Positions 49,434 to 58,277 of a DNA stretch of 64,000 nucleotides are shown here, piece by piece. Origin of the DNA: Methanobacteriota archaeon (GTDB lineage: Archaea > Halobacteriota > Bog-38 > Methanoflorentales > Methanoflorentaceae). Made by a program: the position numbers and the translations under genes. The stretch covers positions 1,926,105 through 1,990,104 of the forward strand of contig OY969693.1 of NCBI GenBank assembly GCA_963701995.1. The letters are read 5' to 3'. Numbering within the stretch: the first letter of the stretch is position 1; each line of letters starts with the position of its first letter. Under the pieces are notes generated by a model. It saw nothing but the letters and a program-made list of their open reading frames with translations, made no database searches and was not told the DNA's origin.

Positions 49434-49844
49434 ATGAACACCCCCCTCTGCTCTGTCGCAACCGTCGACAGCGATCAGCCGCATGTGCGGAGGTTTGGCA
49501 TGTGGTTTGCCGATACGAACGGCTTTTACTTCTCTACCGGTAAGATGAAAGAAGTCTACCGACAACTCCCGATGAACCCGAAAGTAGAACTGTCCTTCTA
49601 CGCGCCACCTGAAACCCCGGCAGGACAGGGTTCCGCGGTGGACATTGGAACGGAGATGCGCGTTACCGGCACAGCTGAATTTTTAAATGACCTCGCGATG
49701 AAAGACCGCCTCTTAACCGACAGGCCGTTTCTGCGTCCGATTGCCGACAACGTGGCAATAGTGCACGTCAAAGACGGTGAAACGTGGTTTTGGACCTGGG
49801 AGAACAACACGCGTGAATCGACCATAGAGAGGGCTCGCTTTTAA
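49434..49844 (+). CDS. Pyridoxamine 5'-phosphate oxidase-family (FMN-binding split barrel) protein
   Basis: ..CSVATVDSDQPHVRRFGMWFADTNGFYFSTGKMKEVYRQLPMNPKVELSF... A likely original N-terminus MDFGEYIKFANEH lies out of frame upstream, across a C6 run at 49441-49446. Confidence 0.65.
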   Translation: MNTPLCSVATVDSDQPHVRRFGMWFADTNGFYFSTGKMKEVYRQLPMNPKVELSFYAPPETPAGQGSAVDIGTEMRVTGTAEFLNDLAMKDRLLTDRPFLRPIADNVAIVHVKDGETWFWTWENNTRESTIERARF

Positions 49845-50051
49845 TTGAAAGCCGTTTGACAACTGAGCGTAAAACGACGTTTCAATGGAAGGACGATAGA
49901 ATATCGAAAAACAAGGTCGAATACTGGTCGCTTGGTGAGTAAAGTTAGTTGGTTGTATACTAACAACATCCATTACTATCCAGAAACTGAAAAAGCGAAA
50001 AACGCTTATAAGGCTATCAAACGCTCTTCTAGTCTCGAGGAGGTTAGCAGC

Positions 50052-50519
50052 TTGTCAAAGATCCTGGTTGTTTACGAATCAAAGTATGGTAACACGAAGC
50101 GCGTGGCAGAAACGATCGTCGAAGGCATGCAACGCGTTCAAGGAATAGAAATAGCGCTAAATGAGGTCAAAAACGTTGACTCCAACGCGATCCCCAGTTA
50201 CGACGCAATTGTGATCGGCGGCCCTACCCATTTTGGAGGACCAACGAGAGGCATCAAGAAGTTTATTAACAAACTAAGCTCCTTTTCATTAGAAGGCAAG
50301 CAATTCGCCGTGTTTGACACCTAATTGGGGGAAGACTTCGAAAAAGGGACGAAGAAAATGGAGCAAATAGCAGGCGAAAAGGCCCCCGCGATGAAGATGG
50401 CGGCTCCAGGGCTGTCGATAAAGGTTGAAGGGATGAAGGGTCCAATTGCTGAAGGAGAGCTCTCAAAATGCGAGGAGTTTGGAGCTAAGATAGCATCTCA
50501 ACTGATGCGTCCGGCTTGA
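50052..50519 (+). pseudogene. Flavodoxin interrupted by an in-frame TAA
   Basis: KILVVYESKYGNTKRVAE..AIVIGGPTHFGGP..GKQFAVFDT, then TAA (50322-50324), then LGEDFEKGTKKMEQ.. in the same frame. A TTG start follows GGAGG. Confidence 0.7.
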
Positions 50520-50580
50520 TCAACGCTACTACGTTTCATAGGAGGCGCTCTGAGAATGACAAAAGGAGGTGTAGGCAGAA

Positions 50581-50766
50581 GTGGTGCAAGATTTCGCTCT
50601 GAGAATCGTCTTAGTTGTGGCAGGTCTCTTAGCTCTAGCGTTCGGTATCGCTAATGGATTCTCGAATGGGTGGCAGCTGGACATCGTGAACCTTATTACT
50701 ATCTTTGCTGCTATCGTGCTGATCGTCGTAGGGATTTTTGTCAAAGACATCAGGCGGAGGAAGTAA
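50581..50766 (+). CDS. Small two-helix membrane protein
   Basis: 61 aa: ALRIVLVVAGLLALAFGIANGF..IVNLITIFAAIVLIVVGIFV..RRRK. Confidence 0.4.
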   Translation: MVQDFALRIVLVVAGLLALAFGIANGFSNGWQLDIVNLITIFAAIVLIVVGIFVKDIRRRK

Positions 50767-51114
50767 GAGCGTGCCGCAAACGGCACGAGGATAAACAATA
50801 ATTGGAACGTTCACGCTCCCCTTCTCTTTTCTCTCCTTTTGTCCGCCACCATAAACGAAGCAATGACCCCTACAACTCGTGAACGGATTGAGAGTCTTCT
50901 TGCAGGGGCGTGTTCGCTTTTGCCAACAAGTACCGTGGGCATGGAGCGCGGTTATTGTGGTGGTGACGCTTGCTATTATTGCTGTGTACGCGTCCGCACA
51001 ACACCGTTTGGCGGTTAGTCGCCGGTGGATAATAACAACGATTAAGTGTTCAGCTCGATCACTTCCACCATTATGTTAGCCACTGAACCCTACCCAAACC
51101 TTTTTACTTATGGT

Positions 51115-51387
51115 ATGCAGCCACAGACCGAGCTGCCGGAGATTCCTGGCAGCAAAATCTCGCTCCATCGCGCAAAAGCAGGCTACAGCTATCCAACGAT
51201 TCGGTTGCCCCATAAGTTCTCAAAACTTGCAGGACTACCAACTCGTGTCTATCAGACGGTTCATCATGGGGCATTAGCCTTCCTCGTTATCGTCTCTAAG
51301 GGTACGGCTTCAGAAAACGGTGCTCATCTATCGAAAAACGCCGAAATAAAAGCCAAATTGGGCTCCGTTTTTGTAAAAGGCTGTTGA
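51115..51387 (+). CDS. Stand-alone homologue of the integrase N-terminal module
   Basis: GSKISLHRAKAGYSYPTIRLPHKFSKLAGL..GALAFLVIV shares the G.SKI...(K/A)G.SYP.(I/L)RLP..F...G...AFL(I/V)V pattern with 25885-26030 and 31560-31710. Confidence 0.5.
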   Translation: MQPQTELPEIPGSKISLHRAKAGYSYPTIRLPHKFSKLAGLPTRVYQTVHHGALAFLVIVSKGTASENGAHLSKNAEIKAKLGSVFVKGC

Positions 51388-51582
51388 CCGCTGGATAGCC
51401 GTTTCATACGCGAAGCCACAAAAGGCCTCCCTGGTCGGCTTGTGCACTGATTTCATCACACTGCCAGAGCATCTACGAAACGTTCACCCCTACCGCGTTG
51501 CTCGTGATGCTCGCCAGCGTGTCGTGTTTGCGGACCGCGCGCCAAGGCACCTTTATATGATTTCACCTCATTTAAGACGCTC

Positions 51583-52863
51583 GTGCATATGCCGTTTACG
51601 AGCTCTTGGAGCACGGCGATCGTTGCGCTCGTCGTGATTGGAACCATTTTGACCGCCGGATGCACGTCAAACGTGCAGCAGACTCAAGCAAGAAGCGTAA
51701 CGGTAGGCGCGCTGCTGCCGCTCACAGGTGACGCCGCGAGCGTAGGCGCGAACGTGAACGCAACCATAAGCGCGGCGGAGGCCGATATCAACAGCTACCT
51801 TGCCGCAAACAACGCTCGTATTCGCGTACAGCTCGACGTCAAGGACACGGGAACCACCCCCGAAGGGGCACTCGCTGCAATGCAAGCGCTGCACGCGGAC
51901 GGAGTGACAGCAGTCGTGGGGCCCTATTCAAGCGCCGAACTCAAAGCAGTCGCCCCATACGCCGGCGAGAACGGCATGGTGCTTGTGAGCTACGGAAGCT
52001 CCGTTTCCTCGCTCGGCGTCGCACGAGAGAACGTGTTTCGTCTCGTGCCCGATGACAGCCATCAAGGACCCGCGCTAGCTACCGCGATGCAAGAACGAGG
52101 GGTGAGGCTGCTCATAGCCTTCGTCCGCGACGACGTCTACGGTAATGGCCTCATCAACGTAACGAGAACGGCATTCGAACAGCAGGGCGGAGTCGTGACC
52201 GAGGCGGCGCCATTTTCACCGAATACTACAAACTTCAGCAGCGCGCTTGATGCGGTGCGACCGCAGCTGTCGCAAGTGGTTGCCACCTACAAAGCGGGCT
52301 CGGTCGGCGTGCTTTTCATCGGCTTCGAAAACAACACCGTGCCGATGCTCATAGCGGCTGGCAGCGATCCTCAATGGTCTACGGTCCCGTGGTACGGCGT
52401 TGCCGCAACGCCGATCAACGACATTCTCGCCAATGAAACGGCCGCGCAGTCTGCCGCTCACCTTAACTACACCGCCGTGCAGCAAATCGAAGGGCAAGGC
52501 GCCAGCTATGATCGCCTTACGCAAAATGCGAGCGTGCAGCGCACGGTCCAAACACCCTATGGCTCCTTTGCGTACGACGCTATGTGGATCGTCTCTCGCG
52601 CGCCGGCCGAAACGGGCGCGCAGAACTCCACCGCGCTGCGGGACGCAATTCCGCGCATCGCCAGCTATTACAGCGGCATCACCGGCAACACCACGCTCAA
52701 CGCTGCAGGCGATCGCGCGTACGCGAACTACGACTTCTGGACGATCAGGAGTGAAAACGGCACCTACGTCAAGGTGAAAACTGCGCACTTCCGAACCGAT
52801 CCCCTCTCAGGCGCAACGGTCATCCAAGGGCCGAGTACGAGCACCGCAGCGGTGCGTGCGTGA
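51583..52863 (+). CDS. ABC-transporter substrate-binding protein (type-1 periplasmic binding fold, Leu/Ile/Val-binding-like), probably lipid-anchored
   Basis: Signal peptide ending LTAGC, then VTVGALLPLTGDAASVG.. and AVVGPYSSAE. Confidence 0.75.
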   Translation: MHMPFTSSWSTAIVALVVIGTILTAGCTSNVQQTQARSVTVGALLPLTGDAASVGANVNATISAAEADINSYLAANNARIRVQLDVKDTGTTPEGALAAMQALHADGVTAVVGPYSSAELKAVAPYAGENGMVLVSYGSSVSSLGVARENVFRLVPDDSHQGPALATAMQERGVRLLIAFVRDDVYGNGLINVTRTAFEQQGGVVTEAAPFSPNTTNFSSALDAVRPQLSQVVATYKAGSVGVLFIGFENNTVPMLIAAGSDPQWSTVPWYGVAATPINDILANETAAQSAAHLNYTAVQQIEGQGASYDRLTQNASVQRTVQTPYGSFAYDAMWIVSRAPAETGAQNSTALRDAIPRIASYYSGITGNTTLNAAGDRAYANYDFWTIRSENGTYVKVKTAHFRTDPLSGATVIQGPSTSTAAVRA

Positions 52864-53007
52864 AAGGGGAAATGTACCTGCTCCCTCTATGTGAACAGCG
52901 CGTTGCTGCCGCACTGCGCAAACCAGTCCAATTACGGAAGAAGGGTGCCCTTGAGTGGGCGTTCCCGCCACAAAATCCGCGATAGCGGGGGTGAGTAAAC
53001 GGCAAGC

Positions 53008-53703
53008 ATTTATCTGGGTTGCAGCGGGTGGCATTATGATCATTGGCTAGGCGTTCTCTATAGCTCACGTCGTCTCTACCTAGAGCAATATGCGCGATTT
53101 TTCCACTCAGTCGAAGTTAATTCGACGTTTTATCACTTTCCGAAGGAAGGCCAGCTAAAAAAATGGTACGACGCTACCCCTGACGATTTTGTGTTTTCTG
53201 TAAAGATGAACAGGTACATCACACACACTAAGAGGCTGCACAACGTACATCAAGCTCTCAGCGACTTGTTTGAGATCTGTGAGCTATTGGGACACAAGCT
53301 TGGCCCGTTTCTCGTAGGGCTCGCCCCGAGCTTTAAAAAAGATTTAGACCGCTTAGACGAGTTTCTTTCACTATTACCTGACCATCGTTTTGCTTTTGAA
53401 TTTCGTCACGATTCGTGGTTTAGCGATGACGTTTTTGACCGTTTCAGAGAACAAAGCAATCTCGCTTTGGTAGTGCTCGGTGCACAATTCGACAAGAACA
53501 TCGACTGTTTTAAGGATTTTGCTTACATCAGATGGCACGCGCGTGGTAGGGATCTAGACCTTTACTCGTCAGGAGAACTAGACTACTGGGCGCGTCGAAT
53601 CCGAGAGATTTCAACCGAAGCTGACGTTTTCGGCTACTGGAACCACGATGCATCTGGGCCTAAGAATTGTTTGGATTTAGCGTCTAGGCTGGAAGTGCGA
53701 TAG
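53008..53703 (+). CDS. DUF72-family protein without a canonical start codon
   Basis: IYLGCSGWHYDHWLGVLY..LEQYARFFHSVEVNSTFYHFP.. are DUF72 hallmarks. The frame is open only from 52999, with no ATG/GTG/TTG before the conserved GxSGW. An out-of-frame ATG gives MIIG*. Confidence 0.6.
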   Translation: MYLGCSGWHYDHWLGVLYSSRRLYLEQYARFFHSVEVNSTFYHFPKEGQLKKWYDATPDDFVFSVKMNRYITHTKRLHNVHQALSDLFEICELLGHKLGPFLVGLAPSFKKDLDRLDEFLSLLPDHRFAFEFRHDSWFSDDVFDRFREQSNLALVVLGAQFDKNIDCFKDFAYIRWHARGRDLDLYSSGELDYWARRIREISTEADVFGYWNHDASGPKNCLDLASRLEVR

Positions 53704-54067
53704 CCGTTACCGCCAGCAGGCTACTCGCTACGCGGATGCCCCGACGCGTCGTTACTTGTGTGACGCTTATATGCAGTTAGGCGCGCGTGACAAGGCTATA
53801 GCAGCATATCAAGCTCCTCTCAAAACTGATCCGAGTTATGAAGCTGCGCAAATGGCGTTGCTTAAGGCTTCAGAATCAAAGTAGCCAGTTAAAGTGCGCA
53901 CCCGAATTACGTCAAAACGAGGCTGCAGCTAAACTCCGCGTTAAGGTGCTGCGACGATTTCCACGACCATCGAGCATAGCTTTTTATCGCGGGCAACGAA
54001 ATTGATTCCAACAATCGCTGTGCCGCGTGATCGTGATGCTCCGAGGGTCGTGCAAAGAGGATGGCCG

Positions 54068-55186
54068 ATGATCAGTAAGGAAGTGATGCTCAAGAACCAC
54101 CGGGTGATCGTCGATCTGAACTGTCCAGTGGCGCGGTTCCCGGATAACCCCGTGCTTACGGCCAAGGAAGTGAACCAGGTGTGGCAGGACCCTGGCCTCC
54201 AGGTCACGACCGTCCACAACGCCGGCATCGCGCTGCACGGTGGCGACACGGTCATGCTGTTCCGGTCTCATCTTCGTTGCGGCGTGAGCGTGCTCGGAGT
54301 CGCCCGCAGCAGCAACGGCGTCGACGGCTGGCGTGTCGAGCCGCGACCGGCTATGGCGCCGGCCGCCGAGGGGGACGCCTTCGCCCCCGGCACCGATGCC
54401 AGGGCCCTCATCGAGAACGAGTCGGGCGGCGTCGAGGATCCGCGGATCACCCAGATCGGCGATACCTACTACATCACCTACAGTGCCTATCACGCGACGG
54501 TGAAGAACCGCGTGCGCGTCTCGCTGGCAACGACCCGCGATTTCTCCCACTTCATGCGCCACGGCCCGGTGCTCGAGCGAGATATGCGGAACGTGGTGAT
54601 TTTCCCCGAGCCCATAGGCGGCGGCTACGCGGGTCTGTTCCGACCCAATGACGCCACGGCGGGAGAGGTCGGGGGCATCTACACGCAGATCACGCTCGGC
54701 TGGACGAGTTCGATCGAGTCCAATCGGTGGGAGATCCAGCCGGAGCCCATCATGAGGACCGGCGCGGGCCCAAGCGCCTTCTCGGACAAGATCGGCCCTG
54801 GAGCGCCGCCGTTCAGAACCACCAAGGGCTGGCTCAGCGTGTTCCACGGGGTGCGCACCACCATGGGCGGCAACCCGTACGTGCTCGGGGTGGCGCTACA
54901 CGATCTGGCGGACCCGGCGCGGGTCAAGATGTCGAGCATCCCCATCCTGCTCCCGTCCCGGGCTGACTGCAGCGTCGGGGAGGCCGCCTACACCCATGTG
55001 CCGCAGGTCGTGTTCACTTGCGGGGTCGTGCGCCGCGACGATGGCAGCATCCTCATCTACTACGGCGGCAATGATACGGTCATGAACGTGGGCGTGACCC
55101 ACGAGGACGTGCTCATCGCGCTCTGCGAGAACTACGGCCAGGACCCGCTGACAGGGCATCTCAAGTACGACATTCGCGGCCACTGA
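54068..55186 (+). CDS. Glycoside hydrolase family 130 (beta-mannoside phosphorylase-like)
   Basis: ..VHNAGIA..GGVEDPRITQIGDTYYITYSAY..GWLSVFHGV..YVLGVALHDL.DP..ILIYYGGNDTV. Strongly GC-rich relative to its neighbours. Confidence 0.8.
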   Translation: MISKEVMLKNHRVIVDLNCPVARFPDNPVLTAKEVNQVWQDPGLQVTTVHNAGIALHGGDTVMLFRSHLRCGVSVLGVARSSNGVDGWRVEPRPAMAPAAEGDAFAPGTDARALIENESGGVEDPRITQIGDTYYITYSAYHATVKNRVRVSLATTRDFSHFMRHGPVLERDMRNVVIFPEPIGGGYAGLFRPNDATAGEVGGIYTQITLGWTSSIESNRWEIQPEPIMRTGAGPSAFSDKIGPGAPPFRTTKGWLSVFHGVRTTMGGNPYVLGVALHDLADPARVKMSSIPILLPSRADCSVGEAAYTHVPQVVFTCGVVRRDDGSILIYYGGNDTVMNVGVTHEDVLIALCENYGQDPLTGHLKYDIRGH

Positions 55187-55537
55187 AGCTGAGGAGCTCG
55201 GAACCAGCGGCCACCAGAGCACCGGGACATAGACCGTTCGGTGCCTCGGAAGCACAGTCGGCGTCAAGACGATGATCCAGGTGGCACTGGCTCTTCGCGA
55301 CCTTCGCGGCGGGAGCATTTATAAACCTTGGTGTCAGCGCTCTGCCAGAGATAGCACCCAATTTCGAAAAACGCACAGGGAAGCCGCTTCTCAACTTCGT
55401 GAACGATCTTGAATTTTCCTGAGTTGAGCCGCCGGTATGAACGGAGGACCTCGTGTAGCAGATCCGAGGAGTTCGAGATGATGAGCAAGATAGCGTCATC
55501 CTGATATATCGTCGCGCCAAGAGATGATCTTTGAAGT

Positions 55538-57412
55538 GTGATATTTATGGTCTTCGGGTTCGGCACGCCAAACGTAGAAACGATGAGAGAGAAGCGGGAC
55601 GTCAAAGGGCTCATCAAGGCATTAGGGTATAAAAAGGAAAGTGATGTTCGCATAAACGCTGCGAGCGTCCTTGGCGAGATCTGCGATCCCCGGGCCGTTA
55701 GGCCGTTAATAAAGGCGCTTAACGACGCGGACAGTGATGTTCGCAGTAACGCTGCAGAAGCCCTCGGCAGGATCGGTGAACCGGCCGTTAAGCCGTTAAT
55801 ACGGGCGCTCGGAGACACGGGCGAGCATGTTCGCAGAGCTGCTGCAGAAGCCTTAGTCAATATCGGTGAATCTGGCGTTGAGCCGTCAATAAGGGCGCGA
55901 AACGACTCGCGTTATCATGTGCGCAGCGGCGCTGCGGAAGCCCTCGGCAGGATCGGTGATAGCAGAGCAGTGGAGCCGTTAATAAGGGCGCTCAACGACG
56001 CTGACAGTGACGTTCGAAGTAGCGCCGCGGAAGCCCTCGGCAGGATCGGTGAACCGGCCGTTGCGCCGTCGATACGGGCGCTCGGAGACACGAGCGAGCA
56101 TGTTCGCAGGGCTGCAGCGGATGCCCTCGGCAGGATCGGTGAACCGGCCGTTAAGCCGTTAATAAGGGTGCTCAACGACTCGAATTGGGGTGTGCGCGAG
56201 AGCGCTGCCGCTGCGGAAGCCCTCGGCAGGATCGGTGATAGCAGAGCAGTGGAGCCGTTAATAAGGGTGCTCAACGACTCAGATTCGCATGTGCGCGAGA
56301 GCGCTGCCGCTGCGGAAGCCCTCGGCAGGATCGGTGATAGCAGAGCCGTTGAGCCCTTAGAAAGGGCGCTTAACGACGCGGATTCGCGTGTGCGCGAAAA
56401 CGTTGCGGAAGCCCTCGATGCGCTGAGGTGGACCCCGGGAAGGGATGAGGCAGCGGCCGCCTACTGGATATCGAAAGGACAATGGGATAAGTGCGATACA
56501 ATCGGTGAACCGGCTGTTCCGCCGTTGATACGGGCGCTTAACGACGCGGACAGTGATGTTCGCAGTAACGCTGCGGAAGCCCTCGGCAGGATCGGCGAAC
56601 CGGCCGTTAGGCCGTTAATAAAGGCGCTTAACGACGCGGACAGTGATGTTCGCAGTAACGCTGCGGAAGCCCTCGGCAGGATCGGCGAACCGGCCGTTAG
56701 GCCGTTAATAAAGGCGCTTAACGACGCGGACAGTGATGTTCGCAGTAACGCTGCGGAAGCCCTCGGCAGGATCGGCGAACCGGCCGTTAGGCCGTTAATA
56801 AAGGCGCTTAACGACGCGGACAGTGATGTTCGCAGTAACGCTGCGGAAGCCCTCGGCAGGATCGGTGATAGCAGAGCCGTTGAGCCCTTAGAAAGGGCGC
56901 TTAACGACGCGGATTCGCGTGTGCGCGAAAACGTTGCGGAAGCCCTCGATGCGCTGAGGTGGACCCCGGGAAGGGATGAGGCAGCGGCCGCCTACTGGAT
57001 ATCGAAAGGACAATGGGATAAGTGCGATACAATCGGTGAACCGGCTGTTCCGCCGTTGATACGGGCGCTTAACGACGCGGATTCGCGTGTGCGCAAGAGC
57101 GCTGCGGAAGCCCTTGGCAAGATTGGTGGTTTTAGGGCGGTGCGGACGTTGATAAGAGCGCTCAACGACTCTGATTGGGATGTTCGCTCGGGTGCTGCGG
57201 AAGCCCTCGGCACGATCGGTGAGCCGGCGGTGGAGCCGTTAATAAAGGCGCTCAATGACTCGGATATTACGCGTGTTCGCGTGAACGCTGCGGAAGCCCT
57301 CGGCAGGATCGGTGATAGCAGGGCTGTTGAGCCCTTAGAAAGGGCGCTTAACGATGCTGACAGTGGTGTGCGCAAGAGCGCTGCGACAGCCCTTCGTAGG
57401 TTCGGACTATAG
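55538..57412 (+). CDS. Large HEAT-repeat (PBS-lyase HEAT-like) protein, about 20 repeats
   Basis: The 30-31-aa unit EPAV.PLI.ALND.DSDVRS.AAEALGRIG is iterated throughout. An alternative ATG is at 55547. Confidence 0.85.
   Translation: MIFMVFGFGTPNVETMREKRDVKGLIKALGYKKESDVRINAASVLGEICDPRAVRPLIKALNDADSDVRSNAAEALGRIGEPAVKPLIRALGDTGEHVRRAAAEALVNIGESGVEPSIRARNDSRYHVRSGAAEALGRIGDSRAVEPLIRALNDADSDVRSSAAEALGRIGEPAVAPSIRALGDTSEHVRRAAADALGRIGEPAVKPLIRVLNDSNWGVRESAAAAEALGRIGDSRAVEPLIRVLNDSDSHVRESAAAAEALGRIGDSRAVEPLERALNDADSRVRENVAEALDALRWTPGRDEAAAAYWISKGQWDKCDTIGEPAVPPLIRALNDADSDVRSNAAEALGRIGEPAVRPLIKALNDADSDVRSNAAEALGRIGEPAVRPLIKALNDADSDVRSNAAEALGRIGEPAVRPLIKALNDADSDVRSNAAEALGRIGDSRAVEPLERALNDADSRVRENVAEALDALRWTPGRDEAAAAYWISKGQWDKCDTIGEPAVPPLIRALNDADSRVRKSAAEALGKIGGFRAVRTLIRALNDSDWDVRSGAAEALGTIGEPAVEPLIKALNDSDITRVRVNAAEALGRIGDSRAVEPLERALNDADSGVRKSAATALRRFGL
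56311..57081 (+). repeat. Nested perfect DNA repeats inside the HEAT gene
   Basis: 56311-56550 is identical to 56842-57081 (240 bp). Between them are 90-bp units starting at 56541, 56631, 56721 and 56811, identical to each other. Confidence 0.85.
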
Positions 57413-57582
57413 CAGAACCGTTGGGAGGCTCCTCACTGAGCACATCTATCCGGCAATTCATGGCTGCGACCGACACGAGCGCCAGACTGAAGATCGTTCA
57501 CCTGCGAGTTTGATGCTAAAGAGACGTGTGTGCTAATTTCACCGAAGGCATAGCGCTTTAAGGTGATGCACTGTGATAATTT

Positions 57583-58098
57583 TTAGACATTTGCTTCTGG
57601 GAGTGGAACATAAACCCTTGCTGCCAACTCGTTATCTAACATAAACAACGCAGCAGAATCTTGAGCTACCATTTTTAAGCGCCTAACGATAGCCGTAAAA
57701 TTAGATTCCTCCTCTATCTGCTCATTTACATACCACTCAAGGAAGCCTGAAGCTGCATAGTTTTTTTCTTCTACAGCAATAGTCTTTAAGTCGTAAATTC
57801 TACCTGTGACAATTTTTTCATGGTTTAATGCTATCTCAAAAGCATTTAGGACAGAGCTGAAATCTGCTTGTGGATCTTGGAAACCAGTAATCTTAACGTT
57901 GCCTTCCATTTCAGCTACAAAATTAAAAAACTTCATCGCATGATCTACCTCTTCACGATATTGCACTCTTAAAAAATGTGAAAAGCCTGGCAGATCAATA
58001 GCGGCACAATAGGCAGCCATCGATAAATAAATGTGGGCTGAATAAAATTCGAAAGTCATTTGCTCGTTAATAGCTTGATTCAATTTTGCGGAAATCAT
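57583..58098 (-). CDS. Ferritin (non-heme, bacterial Ftn-type)
   Basis: LNQAINEQMTFEFYSAHIYLSMAAY..REEVDHAMKFF..LNHEKIVT..EQIEEE are ferroxidase-centre residues. Very AT-rich block. Confidence 0.85.
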   Translation of the reverse strand: MISAKLNQAINEQMTFEFYSAHIYLSMAAYCAAIDLPGFSHFLRVQYREEVDHAMKFFNFVAEMEGNVKITGFQDPQADFSSVLNAFEIALNHEKIVTGRIYDLKTIAVEEKNYAASGFLEWYVNEQIEEESNFTAIVRRLKMVAQDSAALFMLDNELAARVYVPLPEANV

Positions 58099-58277
58099 TT
58101 GTCTTGCCTCCTAAAATATCATTTTGTGAATTAATCTTACTACAAGAATAAAATAAAACAAGCGTTTAATTATGATTTTAGTAATTATTATTGTGTATTT
58201 TCAGCATATAATTCTTTTATCGTAAATGTTTTTCTATAATACTAATATATTCCACACGTAATCCAAGCATTGTTTGT

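Noticed and set aside
50322-50324. In-frame stop in flavodoxin as programmed recoding (pyrrolysine or selenocysteine)
   Set aside because: The codon is TAA, not TAG or TGA, and no recoding element is apparent. A nonsense mutation or sequencing error is more likely.
53984-55318. Long minus-strand and alternative-frame ORFs (53984..54847, 54181..54651, 54896..55318, etc.)
   Set aside because: They overlap the GH130 gene, have Arg/Pro/Gly/Ala-rich composition, and are the expected by-product of high GC content.
55915-57375. Minus-strand ORFs over the HEAT gene (55264..55860 left part, 55915..56274, 56992..57375)
   Set aside because: They are repetitive Ser/Ala/Arg-rich antisense translations of the HEAT repeats. 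Only the 55264-55520 portion outside the HEAT gene was kept as a tentative IS630-like remnant, in a finding rather than as a feature.
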